Shown here one piece after another: positions 25,855 through 36,801 of a stretch of DNA of 64,000 nucleotides. The position numbers and the translations under genes were made by a program. Below the pieces are notes generated by a model that worked only from the letters and a program-made list of their open reading frames with translations, was not told the origin of the DNA and ran no database searches. Positions within the stretch are counted from its first letter, which is position 1. Each line of letters starts with the position of its first letter. This DNA comes from Octopus bimaculoides. Lineage: Eukaryota. The stretch lies in NCBI RefSeq assembly GCF_001194135.2, contig NC_068985.1, positions 106,411,462 through 106,475,461 on the forward strand, written 5' to 3'.

Positions 25855-25902
<48 letters not shown>

Positions 25903-25904
<2 letters not shown>

Positions 25905-26119
25905 AGGGGGTGCTGTATAGTTCCTGGCTTTTAGGGTATTGTGAAAGGTTTGGTTGGAGGTCCAACCTCCCAAGTTCTTTTACAGGGCTTACAAAAACTG
26001 AAGGACCGCTGCAGTAGGTGTGTGAATCTGAAGGGAATATGTTGAAGAAAATCATAATTAGCTGATCCTTCAATATTTCTTTTACCCAAATCCAGGAACT
26101 TTTCAGCACCTACCTTGTA
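25903..26119 (+). mobile_element. Mariner-derived MITE, copy 2
   Basis: TIR GGGTGCTGTATAGTTCCTGGCTTT ... AAATCCAGGAACTTTTCAGCACC; interior encodes a mariner C-terminus-like peptide. Confidence 0.8.
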
Positions 26120-26547
26120 TAAGAGACTTATTACACTCTGCTGCCACACATAGGAAGCTTATTGCAAATCCAGCTACCATGAATTGAAAGCCTATTGTAT
26201 ATATAACTACTACAAACAGAAAGTCTATTATATACGCTACTACTGTTGCAGAGACACCATTCTTTATCATCTTGTTGCTAAACTCAACTTTGTCCAATGA
26301 ACAGACTGTTTTTTTTTTCTAATGAGTATTCCAATATTCCCCTATGACTGCACCAATCAGCACTAATTGACATATGAATAAATTATAAGGAAATGTGTGT
26401 TTCTGTGATAAACTTCAGCATTATGCAGAATGTATAATCTTCTGATGAAGATCACACTGCAACTTACAGACAAAAAGGGACTCAATACCACACGCACACA
26501 TAGCCATATGATACTCCCAACCACCCCCAACACACACTCATCACAAC

Positions 26548-26582
<35 letters not shown>

Positions 26583-26583
26583 A

Positions 26584-26920
26584 CAGGTGTGGTTGTATGG
26601 TAAGAAACTTGTTTCCTAACCACATGGTTCCAGGTTCAGTCCCACAGTGTGACACCTAGGACTAATGTCACCTATTATAGCCTTGGGCCGGCCAAAGCCT
26701 TGAGAGTATATTAGGTAGATAGAAACTACAAGAAACCTTGACAACTGGTGCTGGTGTATTTACGTACCCATAACTTGGCAGTTCAACAAAAAAAAACAAA
26801 AAAAACTGATAAAATAAGTACTAGGCTTGAAAAATAAATTCTGGGGTCGATTTGTTCAACTAAATACCTTCAAGATGGTGCTCTAACATGGCTGCAGTCA
26901 AATGACTGAAACAAGTAAAA
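26584..26920 (+). mobile_element. SINE family A copy (older, diverged)
   Basis: Same head, TAACTTGGCAGTTC and GGGGTCGATTTG blocks, and the ATGACTGAAACAAGTAAAA end. Confidence 0.8.
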
Positions 26921-27056
26921 ATCTAATATATATAATACAGAATGGGACACAAAACATCAAGACAGTTAGGTGACACAAGAAAGGGATAAAACATCCAGAT
27001 AGATAATACAAAGAAAACACGGACAGGTCATTTGGAGTTTTCTTTCTTTCTCTCTC

Positions 27057-27102
<46 letters not shown>

Positions 27103-27172
27103 CATGCTAGCATGGAAAGCGGACGTTAAACGACGACGACGATGATGATGATGATAGAGAGAGAGAGAGAGT

Positions 27173-28582
27173 GTGGGTGATCCCCAAAAAACAGGAACTT
27201 TTGAAAAACCCAACAAGAATAGGAAAACTTCAAATCCAACAACAAAACTTTATTGACAAAAAGTAAAGAATTTGCCTTTTAATAATTAGTAATCCAAAGT
27301 AGCAATGTCTGAAAATTATATCCTGTAGATGGCATCCTCTTCTACATATGCATTCTGTCAATCTGCTGTTGAGGTTCCCCATCGCTTGGTGCAACATCTC
27401 AGTTGGTATACCACGAATTTCATCTTGAATTTTTTGTTTCAGTTAATCCAGTGACCTTGGTTAAGCCATGTAGACTCTTAAAGTAACCCCACAAGTAAAA
27501 ATCACAAACGGACAAATTTGGTGATCTTGGGGCCAGTGAATGTCACCAAAGCTTGAGATGACACAGTTACCAAGCAAATCTTACACAAGTGCCATTGACT
27601 GCCTTGTAGTGTGCGATGTCGCACCATCATGAAGTTGTGTGGAAAACTGTTCAATGCAGGTACAACAAAAGATTGCAGCATCTCAACATATCGATCCAAA
27701 GGGACAATTGGTGTGATCCTCACTTCATTTTTGAAAAAGGCCTGATGACCTTGTACGGTGAAACTGCACACCATACTGTCACCTTGCTGCTGTGTAAAGG
27801 GCATTCATGAAGTTCTTTAGGGTTGCTGTCTGCCCAGTAACCATAGTTCTGTTTGTTCATATAACCTGTGAGATGAAAATGAGACTCATCTGACATCCAC
27901 AGTTTGTCCAGAAATTCGTTCTTTTCATTTATGTCTCCCTAATTTTTTGACAGAAATCTAATTGCAATTGGTGATCATTCTCCATCAGTTTTTGCATGAT
28001 CTGCAGTCTGCAGCTTGTACGGATGAAATTTTAAGTCAAAATAGAAAATTCGGCAAACACTCTCTCAGGACAACCTTACTGCAGCTGCTTGCTTATGAGC
28101 TGAACAACATGGGCGCTGTAAGACATGTAGAGTCTCAATATTCTATGGAGTATGAACACTTCTTGGTTGTCCTGTCAGTTTCTTTTTCAAAACTGATCCA
28201 CGTCTCTTCAAAGTTTTTAATCCACCTTTTTATCGCGTGTTTTGAGGGAACCTGACCATGATGCCCTAAATTAAGATGACATTGGAACTCACGCTGTACA
28301 CCCTCCAAACTATTGTTGTCTTTGTAAAGCATTTTTATGGTGAAAGCATGCTGTTATCTGTTCTACTGATCCATGATTATTAAATTACAAGGTTGTTTCT
28401 GTGTGAAGCTCACTGTACCACAGTGCTGCCAAATGTACAGTACTACACGGTTGCCATTACGCATTTCAAAAGTTGCCATTTTATTTGTTTGGTAACTGTC
28501 AATCAATTTTTTTGTTGGATTTGGATTTTTCCTATTTTGTTGGGTTTTTCAAAAGTACCCATTTTTTTGGAGTCACCCTGTA
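27173..28582 (-). mobile_element. Full-length decayed Tc1/mariner-superfamily DNA transposon (about 1.4 kb, long TIRs)
   Basis: TIRs of about 85 bp: GGGTGATCCCCAAAAAACAGGAACTTTTGAAAAACCCAACAAG... and ...TTGTTGGGTTTTTCAAAAGTACCCATTTTTTTGGAGTCACCCTG+TA. Minus-strand remnants HGQVPSKHAIKRWIKNFEET, RYVEMLQSFVVPAL and WP-RSPNLSVCDFYLWGYFKS (WPxxSPDL motif). Confidence 0.9.
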
Positions 28583-28894
28583 CACACACACATTGCCATC
28601 ACATTAGTGACAGCTCTCACTTTATATTTGCAATGATGACTGATATATAAATAAAATGATGTCACCTGACTCAGGGTTATACATGAGATTGAGTCAGGTG
28701 ACTAGAGTGGTGTGGATAAGTAGCATGGTGTGTCATGTTTAAGGCATGTAACTGAGCTTGACCTAAGTGGAGTAGCTGAAGTTAACTTGAAATAAGATAA
28801 TGTGCTTTACTTAAGGCTTACCAGCTAGGGTTGTTTTGATTAAGGTTTACAGTGGAAGTTGACTAAAATAGAATGGGTGTTTATACTTAAGATT

Positions 28895-29000
28895 TACAAC
28901 TGAGATTGACCAAGACTGAGTGGGATATTATATATAAGTTGTACAACTGAGATTGACCAAGACTGAGTGGGATATTATATATAAGTTGTACAACTGAGAT
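28895..29000. repeat. Perfect 47-bp tandem duplication (about 2.25 copies)
   Basis: TACAACTGAGATTGACCAAGACTGAGTGGGATATTATATATAAGTTG twice, plus TACAACTGAGAT. Confidence 0.95.
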
Positions 29001-30262
29001 AAATAGACAATTTCTTTTTCTATTTGTCTCTGGCAATTTAGCTACAAACTTTAGACAAGACATTCTACTGTAAGATATGAGGTAGGATTGACAAAGGCAA
29101 GAAGATTGACATGTTTTGCTGAAGGTGGTAGGAAAATAGTAAGTTTTAGGTGAGTTCAAACCTGTGGCAGTGTCATTCATTAGTTGAGTAGTTCAATAAA
29201 TCAGTAATTTAATTCACTCCAATGTTTTGTATGTGAGTCAGCTGACATGATTTTGGCACAAAATCATACTCTGAATGAACGAATGAATGCACACACACAC
29301 CATAGTTGACACAAAAAAACTATACTGAATTGAAGTTAAAGGTATGAGGAAAAAGTGTGTGTGTGTGAGTATGCATACACAAACATGCAGATAAATATAT
29401 ATACACACATATACAGACAGATATATTGGGAAAAAGATAAGACTGGAGAGTTTGTTGTGAAATCATTTACCTATAGCATTCTTACATATGTTTCAGTGAA
29501 AAATTATCAAATGGAATTACTGAATGTAATAAATATATCTTCACATCATCAGAGTTGACATCAGAACTGAAGTGCATTAGTTCTTGTGTTTATAAGAGAA
29601 GAAGGAAACATTCTAGAGGTTCAAATTAATTTAGAAGCCAACATATGGCAGACTGTTCTTTCCCAGTTTGAAAATTACTTAAACTTGGCCAGATTAACAG
29701 ATATCTCACTAACAAAAGAAAATGAACCAAAGAGAATTTTTTATAGCAGCAAAAAGTGTAAATGTTAGTAGGAGAATATGGACAGATATATAGCCATAGG
29801 ATGACCAACAGTCACTTTCTAATCTAGACATTTACTTTTACACACATATCTCACATTTACAAGATATACAGAGATATAAACATACAGAGATATAAATATA
29901 CACTTATATACATATATATGTATATATTTATAGTCCCACCCATGCTAGCATGGAAGGCAGACATTAAACGATAATGAAATTTGTAAACAAAACAGAAGGT
30001 TGCAAATTATAGTGAAGAGTAACACAAATAGGTATTTTTTAATAACTATAATTATATATTATTTATATGATAATATATGCTCCATTTAAAGCGATTAAAC
30101 CTAAACAATTGACTGCAAAAAGATGGGCTGAACCACTGGGAATTGAACATGACATTAATGCTTACATGGCTCTGTATGCACCCAATTCAACCACACTGCC
30201 TACCCATCAATTTCAGCCAATTTTAATGTATAGATTATTTTAGTCTAGTCTAGTATATATAT

Positions 30263-30631
30263 AGGAGTGGCTGTGTGGTAAGTAGCTTGCTTACCAACCA
30301 CATGGTTCCGGGTTCATTCCCACTGCGTGGCACCTTGGGCAAGTGTCTTCTACTGTAGCCTCGGGCTAACCAAAGCCTTGTGAGTGGATTTGGTAGACAG
30401 AAACTGAAAGAAGCCCGTCGTATATATGTATGCATATATGTATGAGTGTGTAATATGTTTGTATGTCTGTGTTTGTCCCCCCAGCATCGCTTGACAACCG
30501 ATGGTGGTGTGTTTACGTCCCCGTAACTTAGCAGTTCGGCAAAAAGAGACTGATAGAATAAGTACTAGGTTTCCAAAGAATAAGTCCTGGGGTCGATTTG
30601 CTCAACTAAAGGCGGTGCTCCAGTAAAGAGT
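30263..30631 (+). mobile_element. SINE family A copy inserted into the tRNA-like tandem unit
   Basis: AGGAGTGGCTGTGTGGTAAGTAGC ... GGCGGTGCTCCAGTAAAGAGT. Confidence 0.88.
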
Positions 30632-31161
30632 AATATATATAAATCTGTAAACAAACCTGAAGGCTGTAAATTATGGAGAAGAGCAACACAAATAGGTCCT
30701 TTTTAATAACTATAATTATATATTATTTATATAATATACGGTCCATTTAAAGTGATTAAGTCTAAACAATTGACTGAAAAAAAGATGGGCTGAACCACTG
30801 AGAATTGAACATGACATCAATGCTTACATGGCTCCAGAGCACATATTATTATATAAATAATATATGATTATAGTTATTATTAAAAAGGATCTATTTGTGT
30901 CGCTCTTCTCTGTAATTTACAACCTTCGGGTTTGTTTACAAATTCATAAATATATATAGTCTAGACTAAAATTATCTATACATTAAAATTGGCAGAAATG
31001 ATGGGTGGGCTATGTGGCTGAATTGGGTGTGTATAGAGCCATGTAAGCATTGATGCTGTGTTCAATTCCCAGTGGTTCAGCCCATCTTTTGTCAGTAAAT
31101 TGTTTAGGTTTGGTCGCTTTAAATTGAGTATATAGTATTATATAAATAATATATAGTTATA

Positions 31162-31550
31162 TACATTTGGGGGTTCAGAAAGTAATTGCATTTTTTTCAT
31201 CACTATGAAATATGAACCAACCAATCATGTCAGAACCAAAGTCAAATGGTCTGGAACTGTCTGCAAATGGGTATATCATCACTTCCCTCCAGTAATGTGT
31301 CATTCATAGTTATTTCAGTGATTAACTCCATGGAGGACAAGAACTTTATGAAACAACATATTCGCCATTGTTTACTGTATGAGTCTTGAAAGAAAAGTAC
31401 CACTTCAGAATGAAAAACATTTGTGAAGTATATCCACTTGCAGTGAAAGTCTGTACATGTTAGCTGTGGTTTAAAAGGTTTAATGATGGTGATTGTGGCA
31501 TATTTGACAAGCCTCACTCTGGAAGAAACTCACTCTGAAGGATAACCTTT
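31162..31550 (+). mobile_element. Mariner 5' relic (TIR plus N-terminal HTH)
   Basis: TIR-like GGGGTTCAGAAAGTAATTGCATTTTT. From 31330, MEDKNFMKQHIRHCLLYE, then after a frameshift KNICEVYPLAVKVCTC*LWFKRFNDGD...DKPHSGR, the Mos1-type paired HTH pattern. Confidence 0.8.
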
Positions 31551-32060
31551 TGAATGAGACTAATGTTTTGGATCCATGTCAAAGCACCAGAGATTTGGCA
31601 CATGCGTGTGTTTGTGAGTTTGTATTTACATATTTGTACGGATGTGTATCTGTACATAAGCATACATTTGCTTGCATATGTAAATGAGCATAAATATGTT
31701 TATATATGTGTATATTTGTCATCTTGTTTTCTCTCTCTCTCTCTAAGGGGTAATGCCTTACTATCATTCAAAATTCCCTTAACATTACCCTTTCTACCAT
31801 CATTTGTGGTTTATTAACTTTTGCTCTCGTTGAAAGGCCTCACTGTTTAACATCCTTCCTGTATTATCTTAGCCTTACAAGCTAACTTTCCATGTAATTT
31901 CATATACTTGTTGTTGTCCTGTCTTCACACCAAAACTTTGGAACATTGGAGAAAATATACACTTCTACAGAAGCTGATGAAAGAGTAAGGTCTTGACTTT
32001 GTTTGTATTTTGTCCTGTGTGGGTCTTTCATTTGTTGTGCATGCTTAATTTTCCCTATAT

Positions 32061-32386
32061 TCTTTTACTTGTTTCAGTCATTAAACTGCAACCATGCTGG
32101 AGCACCACCTTGAAAACCTGTCAAACAATTCAACCCAGTACTTATTTTCTAAGCCTTGTATGTATGCTATCAGCTCTTTAGCTGAACCACTAAGTTATGG
32201 GGACATAAACACACCAACAATGACTGTCAGGGAGGGGTGACGGACAAACACAGACACACACACACGTGTGTGTGTGTGTGTGTGTGTATATATGATGGGC
32301 TTCTTTCAGTTTCCATCTACCAATTTCACTCACAAGGCTTTGGTCAGCCTAGGCTATAGTTGAAGACACTTATCCAAGGTACCACT
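32061..32386 (-). mobile_element. SINE family A copy, reverse
   Basis: CTTTTACTTGTTTCAGTCATT ... CTCACAAGGCTTTGGTCAGCCTAGGCTATAGTTGAAGACAC. Confidence 0.8.
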
Positions 32387-33046
32387 CTTTTGAATTACAT
32401 ATATTCTACACGACTTTATAACACAATATCGGTAATTTAAAATTTTTAGATGAGTTTTTTTAAGAAAATAAAATTTAAAAAAAAATAATACTAAAAATAA
32501 GACCAATATTTTAGCTTAACAAATTTTTTTTATATAAAAAATATTAACTTAAAGTTTTAAAAATTGCAATAAAACTATATAAAACAAAATAGTGCACACA
32601 TTATTTGATGAACAATTTCAGAAATTTAATTAGCAAATTCTAACTTCAGCAGCTATATTTTAAGTATTTTTTTTCTTTTTCTTGTCCAGTACTTTTCCAG
32701 ATTTAGTTACTGTTTGTTCTATACCTTTCCAGACTTAGTTACTGTTTGTCCTGTACCTTTCCAGGTACTTTTCCAGGTTCAACACTTAAGAATATTCTAG
32801 GATTCTGCACCTGCATTTTTCATTCTCGTCCAGTTTTTTCCCAGGCAATGCTCCTATTATTATAATTAATTATATCTACTTTTATAATTGAAAAAAAATG
32901 ATACTTTTGTAAATATTTTTTAAATAAAGATTTTGTTTGCACCTAAACATAACAGAGGATTAATAGTAACATATCCATTACAAATAAATATATCTTTAAA
33001 CAATTTTTTATTACAAAATAATGTTATATTTTAATTAAATAATTGA

Positions 33047-33337
33047 TACTCTTTACTCTTTTACTTGTTTCAGTCTTTTGACTGTGGCCATGCTGGAGCA
33101 ACGCCTTTAGTCGAGCAAATCGACCCCAGGACTTATTCTTTGGAAGCCTAGTACTTATTCTTTCGGTCTCTTTTGCCGAACCGCTAAGTTACGGGGACAT
33201 AAACACACCAGCATCGGTTGTCAAGCGATGTTGGGGGGACAAACACAGACATACAAACACATACACACATACATATATATATACATATATATGACAGGCT
33301 TCTTTCAGTTTCCGTCTACCAAATCCACTCACAAGGC
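33047..33337 (-). mobile_element. SINE family A copy, reverse, 5'-truncated, young (CpGs retained)
   Basis: Close reverse-complement match to 24555-24953. Confidence 0.88.
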
Positions 33338-34747
33338 ATTGTAGTTTTTTTTTAATGTTTTTAATATGTATATATTACATATGTACATACATTAACAGAG
33401 TGATAAAAAATTAATATGAAATCACAAAAACCCAAAAAAATTTTTATGCTTAATACTTTTAGACAGGGTTTTCCAGGATATTTGTTTCAATGAACTTTCA
33501 TTTAAGTTCAAATATTATTTTTCCCTCAAAATGACAAAAATATTTTGATTTCTTAAAATTATAACTTTTTTTCTTCTTTTTTTGTCACATAAGTCACACA
33601 ACTTTTTTGTAGCAAATATTTTTTGACAAGGTTTTCATCTAAAGAAATCTCAAATGTAATAGGGCTGTGAAAACAGGTTTAGAAGATTGGCTAAATACCC
33701 TTAGAAAACAATAAAAAAAAGTGGCTAAGCAAGTTGCTACAGAGAATCAAATGCTACCTCTCACCAACTCCAGCTATGTGCTCTCTGCACCATTAAGCTA
33801 AGCAACCTATGACATCTGATGCTGTCTTTTATAAAGCTAAATATCTTAAAATTACAAAAATATTTTGACTTGTTAAAATGATCACTTCTTTTTTTATCAC
33901 TTAAAGCCACATAACTTTTCTTATAGCCAATATTTTTTGACGAGGTTTACACCATAAAATTCACCTCACAGAGCTCTTTCGTTTGAACACAATAATTGTA
34001 TAGTTTTCTTTTATAATAGCTGAGAAATTTTGATTCAAAGTCAATTTAGTGAGTTATTAACCAATATTTTCATCACTTAAATCCACACATTTTCTGTATA
34101 TAAAACTTTCTAGTAAGGTTTCCACCTAAACATTCTTCTCCGTGAACACATTTTTTAAAACCCAATTAACCTACCCTTTTCATTTGAAATAAACTAAGAT
34201 ATTTTGATGCAAAGTCAATTTTCTGCATTAACCTCCCATTTTTGACCTCACATATTCTGACCTAACCTTTTTCAAAAAACCAAATTTCAACTAGTTTTTC
34301 TCAAAATGTAGCTAATAACTGGTCCATCATTGCTGGAAAACCACACTGAGAATGGAATTAGTGATGAAATCTGGAACTGTTTGCAAGTATCTAAAAATTA
34401 ACCATAAGAATATATTATATGTGTGTGTGTGTGTGTGTGTGTATAAAACATCACCACACACTCATATAAGAGACATTCCAATACATAGCATGACTAACAC
34501 ATGCTTATAATTATAGTAAAAATGTCCATGACCACACATTACTATGACAAAGGTTCCCATGCCTGACATGCATACCACACACTCCTACACACTCATGCAC
34601 CGTCCACACACCTGCACATGTATGAGTGTGCATGTGAACATAGGGAGGTGGAAGAAGAAATTATGGAACAGTATTACATTTATACATACTCATTTATGCA
34701 CTTTTCTTTCTGTCTGTCTCTCTCTCACACACACATACAAGAAATAT

Positions 34748-35138
34748 TTGTTGTTGTTGGCACTCCGTCACTTACGACGTTGAGGGTTCCAGTTGATCCG
34801 ATCAACGGAACAGCCTGCTCGTGAAATTAACGTGCAAGTGGCTGAGCACTCCACAGACAGACACATGTACCCTTAACGTAGTTTTGGGGGATATTCAGCG
34901 TGACACAGTGTGACAAGACTGGCCCTTTGAATTACAGGCACAACAGAAACAGGAAGTAAGAGTGAGAGAAAGTTGTGGTGGAAGTGTACAGCAGGGTTCG
35001 CCACCATCCCCTGCCGGAGCCTCGTGGAGCTTTAGGTGTTTTCGCTCAATAAACACTCACAATGCCTGGTCTGGGAATCGAAACCGCGATCCTATGACCG
35101 CGAGTCCGCTGCCCTAACCACTGGGCCATTGCACCTCC
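34748..35138 (-). mobile_element. SINE family D copy
   Basis: Near-identical to 8239-8617, with a (CAA)n tail. A plus-strand 3' fragment lies at ~36366-36445. Confidence 0.88.
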
Positions 35139-36502
35139 ACACAAGAAATATAACCACATAACAAATCATAAAAAAAAAAAAAAAATTAAAACTTTTTCTG
35201 ACTGCATATATACACAAATATGAAGTAAATATGTGTTTGTGCGTGTGTATATATTTAGATGTAGATATGTGTGTGTTTTTGTGTGTGTGTGTGTGTTCAT
35301 TTACACACACACACACAAACACATACATCCAGTCCTAACCTTGGCCACACTGCAAATGCAGTGAGGATTTTCTGTTATTTGTGAACAAACGTTGAACTGT
35401 GTGTGTATCTAAACAGCTGAATACTGCAGCAACTTAACAGTTTTACTCGCAAACATATGGTTAAGAGTTGTGTAGATTAGGGTGAGTTGGTGGAGGAAGT
35501 AGATCTAGACAAATATATCAACCTGATGTGGACAGTTAAGCACTCTGACAAGAAGCTAGACAGGTAAGTAATAGAAAAACATATAAATAACAAATAAGTA
35601 GGACATTAGAGGTAAAGAGAGAGAGAAAGTGTGAGACAGACAGATAGATATATAGATAAACAATCAGATGAATTAAATAGACACAGACTTAAATAGATGC
35701 AGTTGTTCTTGCATGAACAATATCATTTGCCAGATCACACATTACAATTGAAAATAATATGTTTATTGTCCAACAAAGGTAATATAAGCATCAGAAAAAA
35801 TTCCAATAATTTCCCAACCATAACTATAAACCTTGGTGGTCAAGTCAATCTAACTTTGAACATGGGTATTTTTTGATAGGGACACTCTCTGTTATAACCA
35901 TGTATTATTTAGAAGTAGTTTCAGTGACAAGCTAATTTACATTGCAAACATTTCAGGCACTTCATGCCAAAAGAAAACAATGAACATGGACAGTCATCTG
36001 GTATAACCTACCTTAAAACTTGGACATTACGACAAACATAGCCAAAAATATCTTAGCTCTAGTATGACAACATTTCCCACCAACACACAAATATAAGAAG
36101 CTTTTCAATGCACACAATGTAAAGACCAGCTATTTTTGTATGTGCGACAATGTTTCCCAATCATAGGATAAAATCAAAATTACACATCCACCCTCCTCCC
36201 CAACAATCAACTTGCAATTGATGAAATCCAGCAACCTTTCTATTCAAGCAATTCTGTGTTTATAAAGGAACATGGTGGTTGGTGAAAAAACTTTCAAAGA
36301 TCATTATCATCAGTGTTTTCACACATTTAGTTCAAGATACAGGGAAAATTTCCCTTTTCTATCTAACGAGCAGGCCGTTCCGTTGATCGGATCAACTGGA
36401 ACCCTTGACATTGTAAGCGATGGAGTGCCAACAACAACAACAAATATCTCCAACTATAAACTCCACACCAAGTATTGAGTGCTCTTTTCTTTCATTTGTG
36501 CA

Positions 36503-36549
<47 letters not shown>

Positions 36550-36590
36550 TATATATATACACACACACATATATATATACACAAACATAC

Positions 36591-36801
36591 ACGATAGGGT
36601 GCTGAAAAGTTGTTGGTTTTAATGATATTGTGAAAGACCTGGTTGGAGGACCAACCTTCCGATTTCTTTTACAGGGCTTAGAAAAACTGAAGGACCACTG
36701 CAAGAGGTGTGTGAATCTGAGAAGGGAATACATTGAAAAAAATCATAATTAACTGATCCTCTGTATTTTCTTTTACCCAAAGCCGGAAACTTTTCAGCAC
36801 T
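36591..36801 (+). mobile_element. Mariner-derived MITE, copy 3
   Basis: TIR GGGTGCTGAAAAGTT ... AACTTTTCAGCAC. Interior reads FLQGLEKLKDHCKRCVNLRREYIEK, matching the mariner terminal FY..GI..L..RW.KC....G.Y.E pattern. Confidence 0.8.

Noticed and set aside
22393-29000. Short repeat arrays as CRISPR-like
   Set aside because: Eukaryotic context, no unique spacers and no cas genes; they are plain tandem repeats.
29475-29768. + strand ORFs and an acceptor at ~29496 as a partner for the 18.5-kb mini-exon
   Set aside because: No recognisable domain, short frame, no convincing donor.
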